Shown: positions 37,601-52,071, counted from the first letter of the stretch. The stretch: 64,000 nucleotides of DNA from Bigelowiella natans CCMP2755 (GCA_000320545.1 ADNK01000874.1:80104-144103), one strand, 5' to 3'. Program-made: numbers and translations. The notes: a model not told the origin generated them from the letters alone.

Positions 37601-40600
37601 GTAATAAGTATGTTATGATTTTTATGTAGGTACGAATTGAAGCATTGGGCTAAGGATGAAAGTGGATGTAAAGAACTTCCGTGGATGAAAAGACCTTACA
37701 CTCAGGGTACGGTAAAAAAACATGAGAAGTGGGTCTTAGACGTATTCCCCCCCTGTGAAGCAAGAAGGGGTGTTTGGAACATACATTACAAGCCTGGAAA
37801 GAGCGGGGGCGTGTCCCAGTGGTTCATGCCGATCAAACCGCTGGCAAAGGATGCAAACATTTGCCTTCTAACAGGGCAGCATGCGTTTACATATCGCGGT
37901 GAGAGTGTTAAGATCCTGCGAGAAGCCTTATTGCACAAAAGCTCAGGACTGGTGGAAATCTTTGCTGTATTCAAAAGCGGTAGGCGAGAGCGAAAAACCC
38001 TATGCTGGGCATCCGATGGACGCAGATGCTTAGGTTTGAACAACACCTTAACTGCGGGTATGTTTAACTCGAACGAGCGCGGCACATATTGGCCTACAGA
38101 GCTTCGTTATGAATCTGGAAACAAAAACCATTGTATTCCATATTTCAAAACTACCTCAATCACAATAAAGCGTTTGCTGAAGAATAAGGCCTCTGAAGGT
38201 TGGGAGCAATATATTCCAGCCAGGAATTTGAGGGGTTTACTACCAGATGCACTTGTAGAGAGTTATCGCTTCTGGCAGGTGAGCAGCGACGACTTAGTTG
38301 GGGAGATGATTGGGCGCCAAGGGGAGTACAAGATTTATGTTAAAATGATGAGGCAACTCGGAAAAAATGGAGATGCGGCGCTCTACGATGAGAAGGAAAG
38401 AGTAGTCCTCGGCTGCGGTGCAAGGATTATGAGAATACCGATCAATGATGACGGCAAGGACCCGACAATCAAGAAAATGACTCTCTTGGATATTCAAAAA
38501 GCTCCTAAAGATTCACCTTTACACTCCATTCAGGAAGTATTGTGCCAGATCGAAAGTTTGTCACATATTTTAGTTTGGACCTATGAAGAAGTAAAGGAAG
38601 GATCTGAGTGTAAAATTGATTTAATCGAATTACCACGAATGGAATTGACATTCCGTATCGATGATTACGGTGATGGCCCTCGTCTCTACAGTGTAGATTT
38701 GGGCAACAAGTTTGTATCAAATTATCGTTCAGAACTCTCAAATCAGATGGTTAACCGTATCCCTCATGCCTTGATTCTGGAGGATTCTTCCCAAAAACGA
38801 TCTTTGCTGGTACCGAACATTAAGTTCATGAGACCATGCGTCAAAGGCCAGCCTTTCAGCTCTCAAGTATATGCCAATCCTTACGATTGGGAATGGAATA
38901 AGACGAGAAAGATGCCGTATTTTCTATACAGAATCCACACTTCTGAGTCCTTCCTCTACACAACAACACTTTCCTCTAATTTATATCTTTTGGCTCTCCG
39001 ATTTGCCAATCGTGAGTATCACCGTGCGTTTGCTCTATCCGAATCGTTGGTGGTGGATGGCAGTCTAACGAAAGAGGAAAAGCTCATTATCACAGTGATT
39101 GAAAGCTTCAAGGATCCCCACCCAAATGCTCATGCTGTGCGCCTGAAAATCAAGTGTGGCTTGTCGTCGCAATTTGAGCTCAAGGAAGGAGATGTTCTTG
39201 GTTACATCTCAAAGCGCTCGCACATATCGGCCAACTGCAGACTCACCCTTGAGGATGAACAACTAGTGATGCGTGGTGGGAAGACAGCACAAGTTACAAA
39301 CAGATCTGCATATCTTGCTGCCTTAGAGCGAAAGGGAAGGACTGTGGGGCAGAGTAGCAGTTCGTGGCCAACTGGCACCGGTAATTGGACTGTTGTTCCT
39401 CAACTTGCTACCTGGGAGGAGAGAAAGACTCTCACATATTCCGAATCCAGCAAACTTCAAAAAGAAAAACTCGACTACAAAGCAATTACAGGCAACTTGG
39501 AGGATGAGGTTCTTGTTGATACTATCCACAGTCTATGGGGCATGTCATTGGATGGTTCAGATAATTTTCAAAAGGGGTGGTTGTTTCTTTACACTCTTTT
39601 GATTCAAGAGACAGGCTGTAGTATTGCTGGTGTTGAATGCGGCCATGCCGTTGCGGGTCTGCTGTACTCCCTTTCACTTACGATGCAACCGAAAACGAGC
39701 AACACATTCCTTGGATATCCGAAAAAAATAATCGGATTATTGTGCGCTTTAAGAGCGGGAGACTGCGTAGGAACAAATTGGTCCGAAAATGCGAAGGAAA
39801 TCCAGGACCCCAAACATCCTCTAGATAAGAAAAAAAAAATCACCCCGATATACATGGGAGTGGAAAGTACTCCTCCTAGATTTCTCTGCCGATCATTTAA
39901 AGGAGCCATGCGTTATTCATCTCCGCTCAGTACGTTCAAATATTACACGAACCAGCAGGAAAAAATGGATTCAAATTCTCCTGTGTGGCAGCTGTTATGG
40001 AGGGTCCTCAGATGGACAAGTAAAATGCAAGGGAGAGGCAAATTTCCTAACTTTAAACGACTGTCTTCGCCTTCAGCACGTGTTTCTGTTCCAGCGTACG
40101 CGACTGTAAGTGTCACGTGGAACCCAAGAGAATGGGCTTCACCTCATTTAGTAAATTGTCAGCTTGGTCTCAGGCAAATTCCATCACAGATACGAATTAA
40201 TTCCCAAATCACTGTCGATTCTAAGGAATTTCAGGCGTTCGCAACAAAGCCGTTGGGCGACCAAGTTGATCTAAAAAAATATACTGATCTCTCTTCTGGA
40301 AAGAAAAATTATCTGAAGGAAATGCCATTCAATATCGAAAGTGATTCACGTGCTAAGAATCGACTTGCACAGGGCATGCTAACTCGCATAACAACAGATA
40401 TCAACATGTACGCCAAAAAAATGAAAGTCTCTCGTGCACTAAAGATAGCTACGATGCCGGACCAACAGATGGAGAAATTTGCAAAGGGCAGAGGCAATCC
40501 CTCAAAGGCGATCGGACTGCTGAAAGAACTTCGCTCTGATTTGGTGAAAGCGAGGGCTGAAGACCGCGAGACTGTCAACGCAGCAATTTCAGAACTTTTA

Positions 40601-41149
40601 ACACTTGCGAATAAGATTGATACTGAATCCAAGGGAGGCACTGGCATCAATTCTGTCGGTAGTCGTCTGCGGTTTTCATTGCGTCAGTTGTGTGAAAGCG
40701 AGGTCAAAATAACCATTCATTACCTCGTCGGATCCGTTATCTCAGCGAGGTATATGAAAGATGTACAAGCTCTCAATCCTTATCTCTCCCAATCAAAAGT
40801 AGAGAGACTAATGCATATTGTCACGGTATTAATGCTATACACTTGCCGAATAGACCAAACAAATTGGGCATTGGAAGGATTAGAATCTCTCGTCTATAAG
40901 CTTTCGAAATGTAAAAATGGTGGTTCTTCTCGGCCTGGTGCTGCGGAATTGATTAAAGAAGCAGATGGCCTAGCAATGAAGATATCAAATGCACGTCATT
41001 ACTTTCAAATCAAGAAGGAATTGAATAGTCAAATCAGGATGAACGCGGATGATACATACGCCGCTAATGTAGCGTTGCAAGAGAAAGGGAAGGCTCGGCA
41101 ATACTTTGATCCAAGGTACACACACACGCACAAAGACAGACAGACAGAC

Positions 41150-41196
<47 letters not shown>

Positions 41197-44012
41197 GGTG
41201 GGGAGGGGGCATGGGGGGAGAAAGAGACGGTATCCCTCTACTCTGATGCTGAATGAATAATCTATTTTTACCTACTACCTCTTCAGATACTTAGTCTCAG
41301 AGTATGCACTCGGTTTCCTCTTGCGTAAAAAGCAAGTGCGTTTAATTCGCACGTTCATGGAATACGAAGGGAACAAGAAAAGCCGCGTTGAGCAGATGAT
41401 CATGGGAGCCGGAAAAACTACCGTTGTGGGCCCAATGCTAGCGCTAATGTGTGCGGATGGTCATCGGTTTGTCATCCAGATCGTACCGATTGCTTTGCTC
41501 GAAATGTCTCGAGCAGTTATGCGAGAGCGTTTCTCTGTCATTATCCGAAAACCCATTATGACGCTTTCATTCACAAGAACTGCACGCAAATATGACGACC
41601 AGATCGCATATTACGATGGCATTTTTAATAAGCTTTCCACTTGTGTCAAAATGCATGGCGTGTGTTGCTCCACCCCAACTTCAGTAAAATCAGTCATGAT
41701 AAAGTACGTGGAACACCTATACAACTGCGGTATCAACCCTTCGAATGATAAAGTAGCTCAGAACTCCCGACAATTGGCAAGTTCCCTGAAGCGTATAGTC
41801 CAATTATTTCGGACAGGGGTTACGATTATGGATGAAGTTGATATGGTGCTGCATCCATTAAGGAGTGAGCTCAACTTTCCAATAGGCGCAAGAGAGCCCA
41901 TTGACTTTCTGAACAAAGGATATCGATATAAACTACCCATGTTCCTTTTCGACGCCTTTCTTTACGCTCAGCATGGCCAAACTAAGTACGTTCCTTCGTT
42001 CAACAATTCAACCCAATACAAGTCAATTCTAGACAAAATTATGGCGGCCGTAAAGGAAGGGTGTAGTGATGAGAACTCCGCCTTTCAGCAGTCACCACAT
42101 CTTGTGTTGCTGAATAATGATTACTACATGACTGCAATAAGACCTCTTTTGGCCGAATGGATGTTATTATGGTTAGAAGAACAGCATTTTCATGGTCTTG
42201 AGAAGAAGCACACTCTCATATACATTATTCATGGCCCGCAGCAACGCAAGGACATCGCAGATCTTGCGAGATCGTCTGTCAAAGGTGTGTATATGAAAAT
42301 GCTCAATCTCACGCACGACTGGTTGAACATAATGGGGCCACATTGCCTCTCCATGATAAATCGTGTGAAATTTGGCATTCTTACAACGTCTGACGTGGAC
42401 CGCTTGACTACGCTTTATAAGAACTGCTCTATGACCCTTTCAAGAAAGTTATGCGCGGTTCCATTCGTCGGCAAGGATGTACCATCGAGATCTTCAGAGT
42501 TTGCACATCCTGATATCATCATTGGTCTGACAATATTAGCTTATCGCTACGACGGCCTTAGGAGGACGAACTTCGACAGTATGATACAGTGTTTGCGGCA
42601 GGAGATGAAAAATGAAGCTGGTGGCCGCAACCTAGAAGATACAGATTCGTCGAGAAGGTTTGTGAGATGGATAGAGCTAGCAGGAGCACGTGTACGCGGA
42701 CATGACGATAAGAAAGATTATGAAAAGGGGCAAATCATTGCTTTGAAGAAGATTCTCAAGAACGGAAGCCCTGATGGATCAATTCCACCAGAGATAACTT
42801 GGAATCGTTGGCAAATTCTCGACATAGTACACGAGAAGAAGAAGCAGAAAAATAGAAACAAAGCAAAGATGCGGGGGTACATTCGCTGCAAACGTATTGG
42901 TCCTATGAACCTCTCCAAATCCTCTGGACTCCAAGTTCAGCGAGATTTCGACATAGAAAATCTTGACGAGCTCAATGTCGTCGTCCCGTTGCACCTGTTA
43001 GATGTGCTTGATGAAGAGGTTTTGAGGACGCTTTTTACACTATTCGGGTCGCTACCACAAACAGTTGATTGGTTTCTTGACGTGTTGACGTTTACAAGAG
43101 TCTTGAGAGCTCAGCAGATCAAACTAAGTGCTTGTGGGCAGGAGCTTGGTGGTGACATGCTGTTTCAGACCCGCATGGGATTCTCAGGAACACCGAGTGA
43201 CCTCGTTCCATTAGAATTATCGTGTGGATTTGAGAGAGGAGCTGATGCACAAATGCTTTACAACTTGACGTCGCCCTTGGTAATGGAAAGAATAGTGGAT
43301 TTGCCAAAGAAGTGGACTGTTATGAAACTACTCAAAGGTCATTTTCCATCATCTTTTTGTATAATCAGACTATTCTTTTACAATATCATTTGACCGAATT
43401 GAAAATCAAAGGTGCTTCCGTTCATTTTTGTTCAATGCATAAATGTTAGGCATCAGAGAGCAAAATCCACCATGCAGCGCTCTAATCGATACAGGGGCTT
43501 TGATTACTGGATATTCCAATGAGGAAGTGGCAAGAATCCTCCTACAGGATAGTAAGGGCCTTGTAGGAATGGACGGTGTAGTATTCTTGGATGAATTCGA
43601 TCGCAAGATGGTTCTCGTTCGTCGCACCGGTCAAGTAGTAGGTCTCAAGCAAAGTGGAATGAATAAATCCCGCAGGTTTTCGTTCTACGACCAAGTTCAC
43701 ACAACAGGAATGGACATCAAGCAGGCTCTCAATGCACGGGCAATTATTACTCTTGGAAAGGACATGAGCTTCCGAGATTACGCACAGGGAGCGTACAGAA
43801 TGAGAGGGATTGGCAAAGTGAGTGGTGGTGGTGATGGTGGGAAGATAGAATGTAGGAGAGTGCTGGGAAGAGGGGCAAGCGTCTAAGTTTTTTAATCAAC
43901 AATGTTCCTTCAACTTTACGCTCCCACTGATTTGGCAAATATGTCGAATAAAATCATAATTTCTCACTTAATCTGTCATTTTTTTAACACAGTAAATGCA
44001 ACCATAATATTA

Positions 44013-44059
<47 letters not shown>

Positions 44060-47000
44060 CGAATTCACTTTTTGCGATGACACTATAGGGGCAGACTTTC
44101 GAGATATACGTAATTCCTGAAGTGAAGGAGGTGATTCGTCGAGAAGTCACCGACAGGAAGACTGTGAAAATGCTAAAGCCTTCTGGGTTGGAGAAGAGAT
44201 TGGAGGAAATATGTGCCTGGTTGGTATTGAACCAACTGAAAATACAAAAGACGCAGTTCCAACAATTGTGTGTGCAAAATATTCAAAATGTACTTAGAAA
44301 GCGTGCATTTGGAGCACTCCTGGAAAATCCATCAAGTGTACCTCACAACGCGTATAAACGATTAGAAAAAGGAGAGTTCAAAGATACACAGGCAGCTGGT
44401 AGAAAGAGTAACTTTTATCTCGCAAAGTCGCTCGATCTTTTGCGCCAGCCAATCAATTTTGATATAGCCGACAAAGTGCCCGACAACGAAAACACGTTGG
44501 ATTTGATGAATAAGGAAATAGAGAAGTGGAAAGCACCATTTATGTTGGACTCCAACGGTCGGGAACTCAAGGATGACAAGCAGCAGATTGACGGTGTTAT
44601 TAAAGGGCTAGAATCTCTCTCTCAATCGGAGAATGTTGAAGAAGGCAAAGACCAGAGCAATGCTAAAAAAAGATCATTTCAGGGTGAGATGGTTCAAGAA
44701 CAAGAGATCGAGCAAGAATCAAGGAAGGAAGAGGAGAGGGAGAGAGAAATCGAGATCGAAAAATATAGAGAGCTTGCTTACAGCCGCGACAATGAAGAAC
44801 AAAAGGCATGGCAATGGTCTAGACTCGCAGATCCTAATCAAGCAGGTCTGGATTATAAAAAGCCACCGGAGGAAAAAAAACAAGATCCAATCGAACTCAA
44901 AGCTAAACCTCAATTACGATTCCATGACTTTTCACTCGTACTCGGCAACAAGCTGCTTCAGCATGATAAGACGACCCCAATTGCAATCGGCAACGCCCTA
45001 AAAGCGAAGGTTGTGGGTCTTTACTTCAGCGCTAGTTGGTGCAAACCCTGTCAGAATTTCACTCCAAAGTTGGTGAAAGCTTACGAAGCTCTTAAGAAAA
45101 GGGGGGAAAAGTTCGAAATCGTGCTGGTTTCTGGTGACAAAAACATTGAATCATTCCATCGATACAGGCTCAAAGTGCCAGGATTCTCTATTCCAATGGA
45201 GGGGAAGAATCAAATGATCAAAAAGGTGATGAACCATTTCAATTGCAGTGGGTACCCTACTCTCATTATCTTAAATGGACTCACCGGTAATGTTATTTGC
45301 GGCAACGCCCGTGGTGCTGTGGCAAGAGATCCAGAAGGAAATAAATTTCCCTGGGGAAATACTAGTGATGTGAAAAGTATTAATCAACTGGATATAAAAC
45401 GACCCAAACAAGAAGAGGCGATGTTTTACGAAGCAAGCAAGTTTCACCTTCTGAACAAAAAGCCCCTTAAGTTCAATGACCAGCTGTATTTCTCCGAAAA
45501 CTACTACCGCAGAGCTTGGTCGTTGGTGTCCGAACGTCGACTTAAAAATGTGTGCATAATGTTGGAATGGATCCCAGATGTCTTCGCCGTTGAAAAAGAA
45601 AACGAATCAAAGGGAACTCAGGCGACAACAAATGGCAACGAGCGCAAAAATGGTGCAGGTGCGCAGTCACCCAAATCTAGGCGTCAAAGAGGCAACTTGA
45701 GCCCAAGACAGAGAAATTTCCTAGAAAAGGCCTTCGAAGCGCTCGATCTCGATGGAAATGGTACTATTTCCTCGGATGAAGTTGTTGGACTTGTTAGAGC
45801 TTTGAACCGGGCTCCGCAAATACCGGGCTTAATGGAATCTACAGACGAAAAGTTGATGCAAAGACCTGATAGGACCCCAATGTTCTCGCTCAAAAAATTG
45901 AGACAGCTTATGGAACGTATGAGGCAGGGTGATGAAGTAAAGGAGCATGCTTCACAGGAAGAAAAATTGCTGCAGATTGCTGACGTCAACAGAGATGGGC
46001 AGATTTCGTTTGATGAACTGGTTGGTTTAATTGAGAAAGGCAGTCTCAACGAGATGGAGACTGGTCGCTACTTCGTGTGTCTATCGTTAGCGGAGGCTGA
46101 AAGCATACGAAGAATCATTCATTTAAGAAGAGAACGAGGCATGGAACTTGTTGACAACATGGCCGGCAGCGATGAAACATCATCTCCAAACGTAGCCCTC
46201 GCTTTGTGGGTAATGGATTTTGCAATCAGAGACAGAGGAGTGGATGTGGGTTTGGATAAGGGCGGCATGCTTTTGGAGCATACAAGCAATTATTTCAAGC
46301 CTCCACGATCTCAACGAGATTTTGTCATTCAAACTCTTCGGTTCTTCAATGGAGACATGTTCTTCTCAGACTACGAGGCCGGTGTGCTCATCAAGTCACT
46401 AAAAATGAATTCCGAGGTTGAGAGAAGGCAGTTCTTTGAGGATACCATAGGTCGTAGGCGTAGGTCAAGGACCCAGGTTATGGCAACACCTCTTGCAATT
46501 ACATTCACAGTACCAGATGAATATTATCTAATGGGACAACGAGCAATGCGCCAACGTGTGCGGAATGCGATTCTCTCAAAGGGCTTTTTGCTTCGTGATG
46601 CATTCAAAAAATTCGACCATGATTCAAACGGGTACCTCAGCCCAGCCGAACTTCATGGTGCATTTGAATATCTTGAAATCGCTGCTACCCCAGGAGAAAT
46701 TTTACTTTTCTTAGAATCTATTGACAAAGACGAAAACGGACGCGTCGATATTGCAGAGTTTCTTGAGCAATTTGGGGCTAAGGACGAAGTTGAGGTGGCA
46801 AAAGAACAAAAGTTATTGACAGACATGAAATCTACCGACAACAAAGAATTAGATCTTACGAAGGTTACACCCAAGGAATTGATTTCAACACGAGCGGAGT
46901 CGATTGCCATTGTTCATGTCTCGCGAAAGAGTATGGGTTCAGTCTCTGTATTGAATGTGAGCGGCAGCGACACCTCCTTCAGGTTTTGGGCCCCTAAATT

Positions 47001-48516
47001 GAAGAAGTCTACGAAGTCAGGAAGAGATCAAACCGACACAATCTGTTTTGGATACAACAGCCAACAGTCCAGATACGCATACGTTGCCACGGTGAAAGGT
47101 ACAAAGCCAGCTCGAGCCCGAATCCTTTATAAGTTCTTTCCGACCCCTCTTGGTTTCACGTTGCTTGGCAAACAAAGCGGCCTTTACATATGGAAACCAG
47201 TAGTGCCGGATAAGCAATATCTGGCAATAGGCTTGGTTGCAACCTCAACAAAGGAAGAGCCTTCGCAGGATCCTCGAACCTGCCCTATTCGAGTCATTCG
47301 AAAAGACTTATGTCGCGTAGTTTCTGCACAATGGAAGAAAATTTCAGTAAAGGAAGAGAAAAGTGGCAAAGGTTTAAATTTCTGGTATAATACCGACAGC
47401 GGACTTGTCATTAGTGGTAAAAAGGATATTAATTCCCTCCCTGCGCTTCACAGTCCGATTCCAGGTAGAACTGAAGAGCGCGTTTTTGTCGAGAACAGAG
47501 AAGGCTTCAGCGTCGTGGCACACAATGTCGCAAAAGAAGCAAGTGACATTCTTGATGCTGATCCTACTTCTCAAGACGAAAAAAGTCGGCAGAATGTAGA
47601 ACTTGCGTTGCGAAAGCTACACGAAGCTATACAACTGGACCCTGATCGCGAGGAGTATAAGGTTGAGGCCGCCAGAGCCCTAAACAGACTGAACCAACCA
47701 GTTGACGCATTAGATCAGATCATGGAAGTCATGGCTGAATCTAGCAGAATTGCTTTCAGCTTGAAGGAGAAACTTGTGGGGAATGTCAAGTGTTGGCTCG
47801 TCGTCGTTGACAGCTTGATGCGCCTTGGAAGAATTTCGGAAGCTAAGGATGCAACTGAGATGGCCTTGAGAGAGCACAAAGCAAACCGAGACTTGAATAG
47901 TGCTTTGAATGACGTTAAGATCACGCATGCCCTGGTCGGCAGAGAATGGGAATTCGTGTACACGAATAAAATTCTGGTGGTTATGAAGGAGCTGCCTTTC
48001 GATCTTAATGTTGGATTTAACTCAAAAAGAGGGATCTTAAAGTTCATGCCAGATGGTTCGGTGACCTCCACTGCAAATTTTGGAGGGGTAGGCTTAGGCA
48101 ATGTGTTACATTTATTCGGGGGCTCTAGGACAGGATTTTGGTCAACATCTTTGAACACACCAAAGAATATTCAGATTGAGTTCGCCAGCGAAGAGAAAAC
48201 TCACGTCTTATTTGACATGGATCTAACAGAGGAAAACGTTTGGAGCTCTCATCCAAATGGATTGAATGCCTTAAAAGTCGAAGAAAAAAGGGAGAATGCT
48301 TCACCCGCCGAAGAAAAACAAGGAGGTGCTTCACCCGCCGAAGAAAAACAGGGGGGTGCTTCAGCAGCCGACACTAAAAGTGACGAAGAAAACAAGGAAG
48401 CTGCTTCACCCACCGAAGAAAAAGAGGAAGATGCATCAGCCGCCGAAGAAAAAAAGGAAGATGCTCCAGCAGCCGACACTAAGAGTGACCCCGCCGACAC
48501 TAAAAGTGACTCCTAA
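32115..48516 (+). CDS. Giant DUF3638/DUF3645 P-loop (SF2-helicase-like) protein with putative N-terminal cysteine protease, thioredoxin, EF-hands, Vps62/DUF946-like segment and TPR-like repeats
   Basis: Consecutive same-strand ORFs joined by short GT-AG introns. DUF3638: FDPR|YLVSEYALGFLLRKKQV...QMIMGAGKTTVVGPMLAL (Walker A) and IMDEVD (Walker B). DUF3645: AVPFVGKDVPSRSSEFAHPDIIIGLTILAY. Further motifs: GFSGTP, ALIDTGALITG, FYDQVHTTGMDI, QGAYRMRG; YFSASWCKPC; EF-hands DLDGNGTISSDE, DVNRDGQISFDE, DHDSNGYLSPAE, DKDENGRVDIAE. The start is inferred from splice phase (MGDREKKHGEM|QNPRY). Confidence 0.85.
48298..48513 (+). repeat. Coding tandem repeat (ASPAEEKQGG / AADTKSD units) at the C-terminus of the giant protein
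   Basis: 30-bp unit GCTTCACCCGCCGAAGAAAAACA(A/G)GG(A/G)GGT is repeated, followed by diverged copies and GCCGACACTAA(A/G)AGTGAC repeats. Confidence 0.9.
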
Positions 48517-49308
48517 AACTTTGAAGATCGACCTTGATGATGCAACTGTGCCGACGACTAGAATGTGACGAGACAAATGGGGATTGCCATTTTAGACAAT
48601 GTTGACAGTCAGTGATGTTTCAGATGCTGTTAGTCTACACCTGTTCATTTAGACATGGTTATCATTGTTATAAAATCAGTCGCGCGAACAAATCGGGCTC
48701 ACAAAGCCATGCTAGCAAGTTAGCGCGTACGTCATTCTGGTCATACTGTTACATGCGCAGCACTTGCCGTGGCAGCCGCATGTTTGCAGAAGCTCATGCA
48801 CATGCAACCACATGCTGTTGATCTCATTACGTACATGACATGAACATGCTAGCAGCATGAAGTGGGTCAGAAAGCATGCAGCGCTAGAGAGCTGCATCTT
48901 GTCTCAGCTAGTTAGGCTATGTAGATCGATGCGTAGCATGCATTGCATGGTCATCAGTGTGCAGAATGCATGCATGCACACCCATGCTAGCATGCCACAT
49001 GCAGCTATGTAGCTGCAACCAACAGCCCAGTTACCCAAATGTGCATGCTATACGGTACATGACATGCATGATGACCACATTAGCTGCTGTGCACATGCAC
49101 ATATTGCATGCGTTTTTTTTTCACAGCATCTAAAATTGATGTAGCATGGCTTTCTAGTTGGTAAATATTACATGAACATTACGAAGGATCGAAGCTTGCT
49201 TGTATGCAATTGCACAGCTGAAAATTATAATAGCTATGCTATTTTCTGGCTTATTCAGTGAATAGTTTTGATCGTAGACCAAGCTTCCACCTCATCAGAA
49301 CAGTTTGT

Positions 49309-50858
49309 TCATCTCCTTCCTCCCTTTCTTCCTTTACCACCTTGAAAAGACGAAAATATTTTAGTATAGTAGCTACACATATTGTCGCTGCACACTTAAC
49401 CTTTCCTCTTGCCAATCGTTACCACAGACTCAAACGCACGTTTCGCTCTGAACATGAAATGAAATTATGTGATGATATGTTACCAGTATCGATATCATCA
49501 TCATCATCATCATCACCACCACCAACATCATCATCATCATTATGATCATCGCCTGTTAGATTGTGATGACATTGCGCATGCACCCTGCCTTCTTGCTTCT
49601 GCGCTCACTTTTTCACAACATCATGTTGCCAACTATCACCTGACGACTTTTCTTTTGTTAAGATGGGCAGGATTAAGCGGTACATACGCATAAGGTTCCA
49701 CCGCAGAACCCTTTCTCTGATGACCGATTAGATATGAGGAGGGGGGCGGAGGGGGAAGAAGAATGAGAAGCGTGATACCCAAAAAACAATAACAGCAGCG
49801 CCAGCATTCCACTCTCGATTTGTGAAAAAAATGCCCTTTTAATTCTTTTTCTTTACCGTCACGTCGCCTCCAGCCCCTTTACGCGACTTGAATTTTTTGC
49901 CCGTGTGGATGTTCCTTTCGAGTAGTAGAGGGGGGAGAGTGAGCAGTGAAGGACCGAGGAAGAAGCAGGAGAAAAGAAGAAGAAGAAGACGACGAAGAAG
50001 GAAAGGAAGAAGAAGCATAAGAAGACAAAATAGCACCCCCCTACATTCATTTAAGAGTACCCTTATCATGATACTTCATTATAGTTGTTAAATAACACCT
50101 TGTGTCACTTCTCGGTTGGAACTGTTGTCGATTACGTTTCTTCTTAGACTTCTTCCCTGTTTTAGCAGCAAAGTTTAATTTGACTTGTTCTCTTTCCCTT
50201 TTTCTTCTCCTAAGCTATTCCAACCCCCTCTCATACGAATAGACCACCCACCTTTATCACTTTTATTTCCTCCTCCAGTGCCTTTCATTTCGATCTCTTT
50301 CTTCTCTCTCCTGAGCTTCTTTATGATAAGTTTTCCATCCTTTCCAACCGCAAAATCTTGATCTTGATACGCGAAAAGGCAGAGAGGTACGTCATGTTCA
50401 AGCACAATAGAGTAAGTAAACAAACAACTTGTGTGCGGTTAAGGTGTTGTCATCGCCGGTGTCGTTTGAAAGGCTTCATCATCATCGTCATCAACAAGAC
50501 GTGGTAATGAATAACGGTACAGGTAGCGCTACTTGTAAGGCCATCTTAGAGTGAAAATAGCCGAAGAAAGTTATAATTAATGAGAGGGCAATTCCAAAAA
50601 TATCATCAAATACCAAGTAGTGCTATTGGCAATTCTCTCTTTCCATATCTCTATTAGTTCTCTCGGAGACATCAACATAAATATCTTCCTCCCCCTTATT
50701 TAGCAAGAAGCAGTAATGAACAGCACCTCTTTCGTCTTCGTCTTCTTCGTCTTCTTTGTTGTTCTTCTCGTCAGACATCATCGCCTATTAGTTGTTGTGT
50801 AGATGATGCTGTTCAGGCTGCTCGCATGACATGTGTGTGTGTGTGTGTGTGAGAGAGA

Positions 50859-50900
<42 letters not shown>

Positions 50901-51812
50901 TGCTCTTTAATTCAAATGATGACCTCTCTCAGCCCTTGGGCATTGCCTCGGACAATGCGTTTAGCAACCCCAGGAGCTGCACCATATACACACAGCACGC
51001 ACACATAATATCAGCAGTAGCAAATAAATTAGATAGAGGCCATTTGCCGAACATGCCTCCTCGTCGATCATAGTTGTGCAGCACTTTTGTTAGCGAGGAG
51101 TTAACAGTTGTTTACCAAGGAAATCAATATCCGGGTCTACGATTGTCATCTCCTGCTCGTCATTGGTAACAGTACCGCAGTGGTATTCATTCAAACAAAA
51201 GTAGTAGCGGAAAACGAGAATAAATAAGAAGGAGAAAGGAGGGAGGAAAAGTAGCGGAAAACGAGAATAAATAAGAAGGAGAAAGGAGAGAGGAAGAGCT
51301 GATGAACTTGCTGCTGCCAAAACTAAGTATGGAAATGGTCATTCAATGGTCTACTACACAAACATCGCATAACTTACCGAAGCAGCAGCTGAGCCGCCCT
51401 TTCTTCCACTCCTCCTCCTAGGTTCCTCATACACCTGACAAGGAGGGGGGGGGAAGGGGGGGAAGTATATCAGATTTGATTAGGTAGCTGCAAGGAAAAG
51501 AGTTGAATGATTATGATAATTATGATATATTGTAGTTCTTGCTTTTCTTCTTCATCGTCATCATCGTTTCATAATCGATGCCCTAAATACAAATAGAAAA
51601 GCGTCTATCCAGCAGTGGTAGTTTAAGCAGCAGAGTATTACATCTTCGTTGTCCTCGACATCAAACAAGACCTCCTCCACATCCCTATACGTTGTAACAA
51701 TTATGATGGATGATGATGGATGGTGATGATTTGAGACAACAATGAACCTGAATTCATAGTTTATTGAGTATGTTTGTTGTTCTACCAGTCATTGCTATTT
51801 CTATATCTACTG

Positions 51813-51843
<31 letters not shown>

Positions 51844-51965
51844 CTGTCCTCTTGTTTGCTTCGCAGCATAGCAGTACTCCTAGGAAAAGTAGCAAAAAAG
51901 CAGCAGTATCCCACATTCACGATATTGTCGAGGAGGGCAAGGTTTGGATGATCATGAAGTGGCGT

Positions 51966-51997
<32 letters not shown>

Positions 51998-52030
51998 AAT
52001 ATGCTATGAATGATTTAAAAAGAAGCGGAG

Positions 52031-52071
<41 letters not shown>

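Noticed and set aside
48298-48513. CRISPR-like or non-coding repeat array
   Set aside because: In-frame coding repeats with no unique spacers, in a eukaryotic context.
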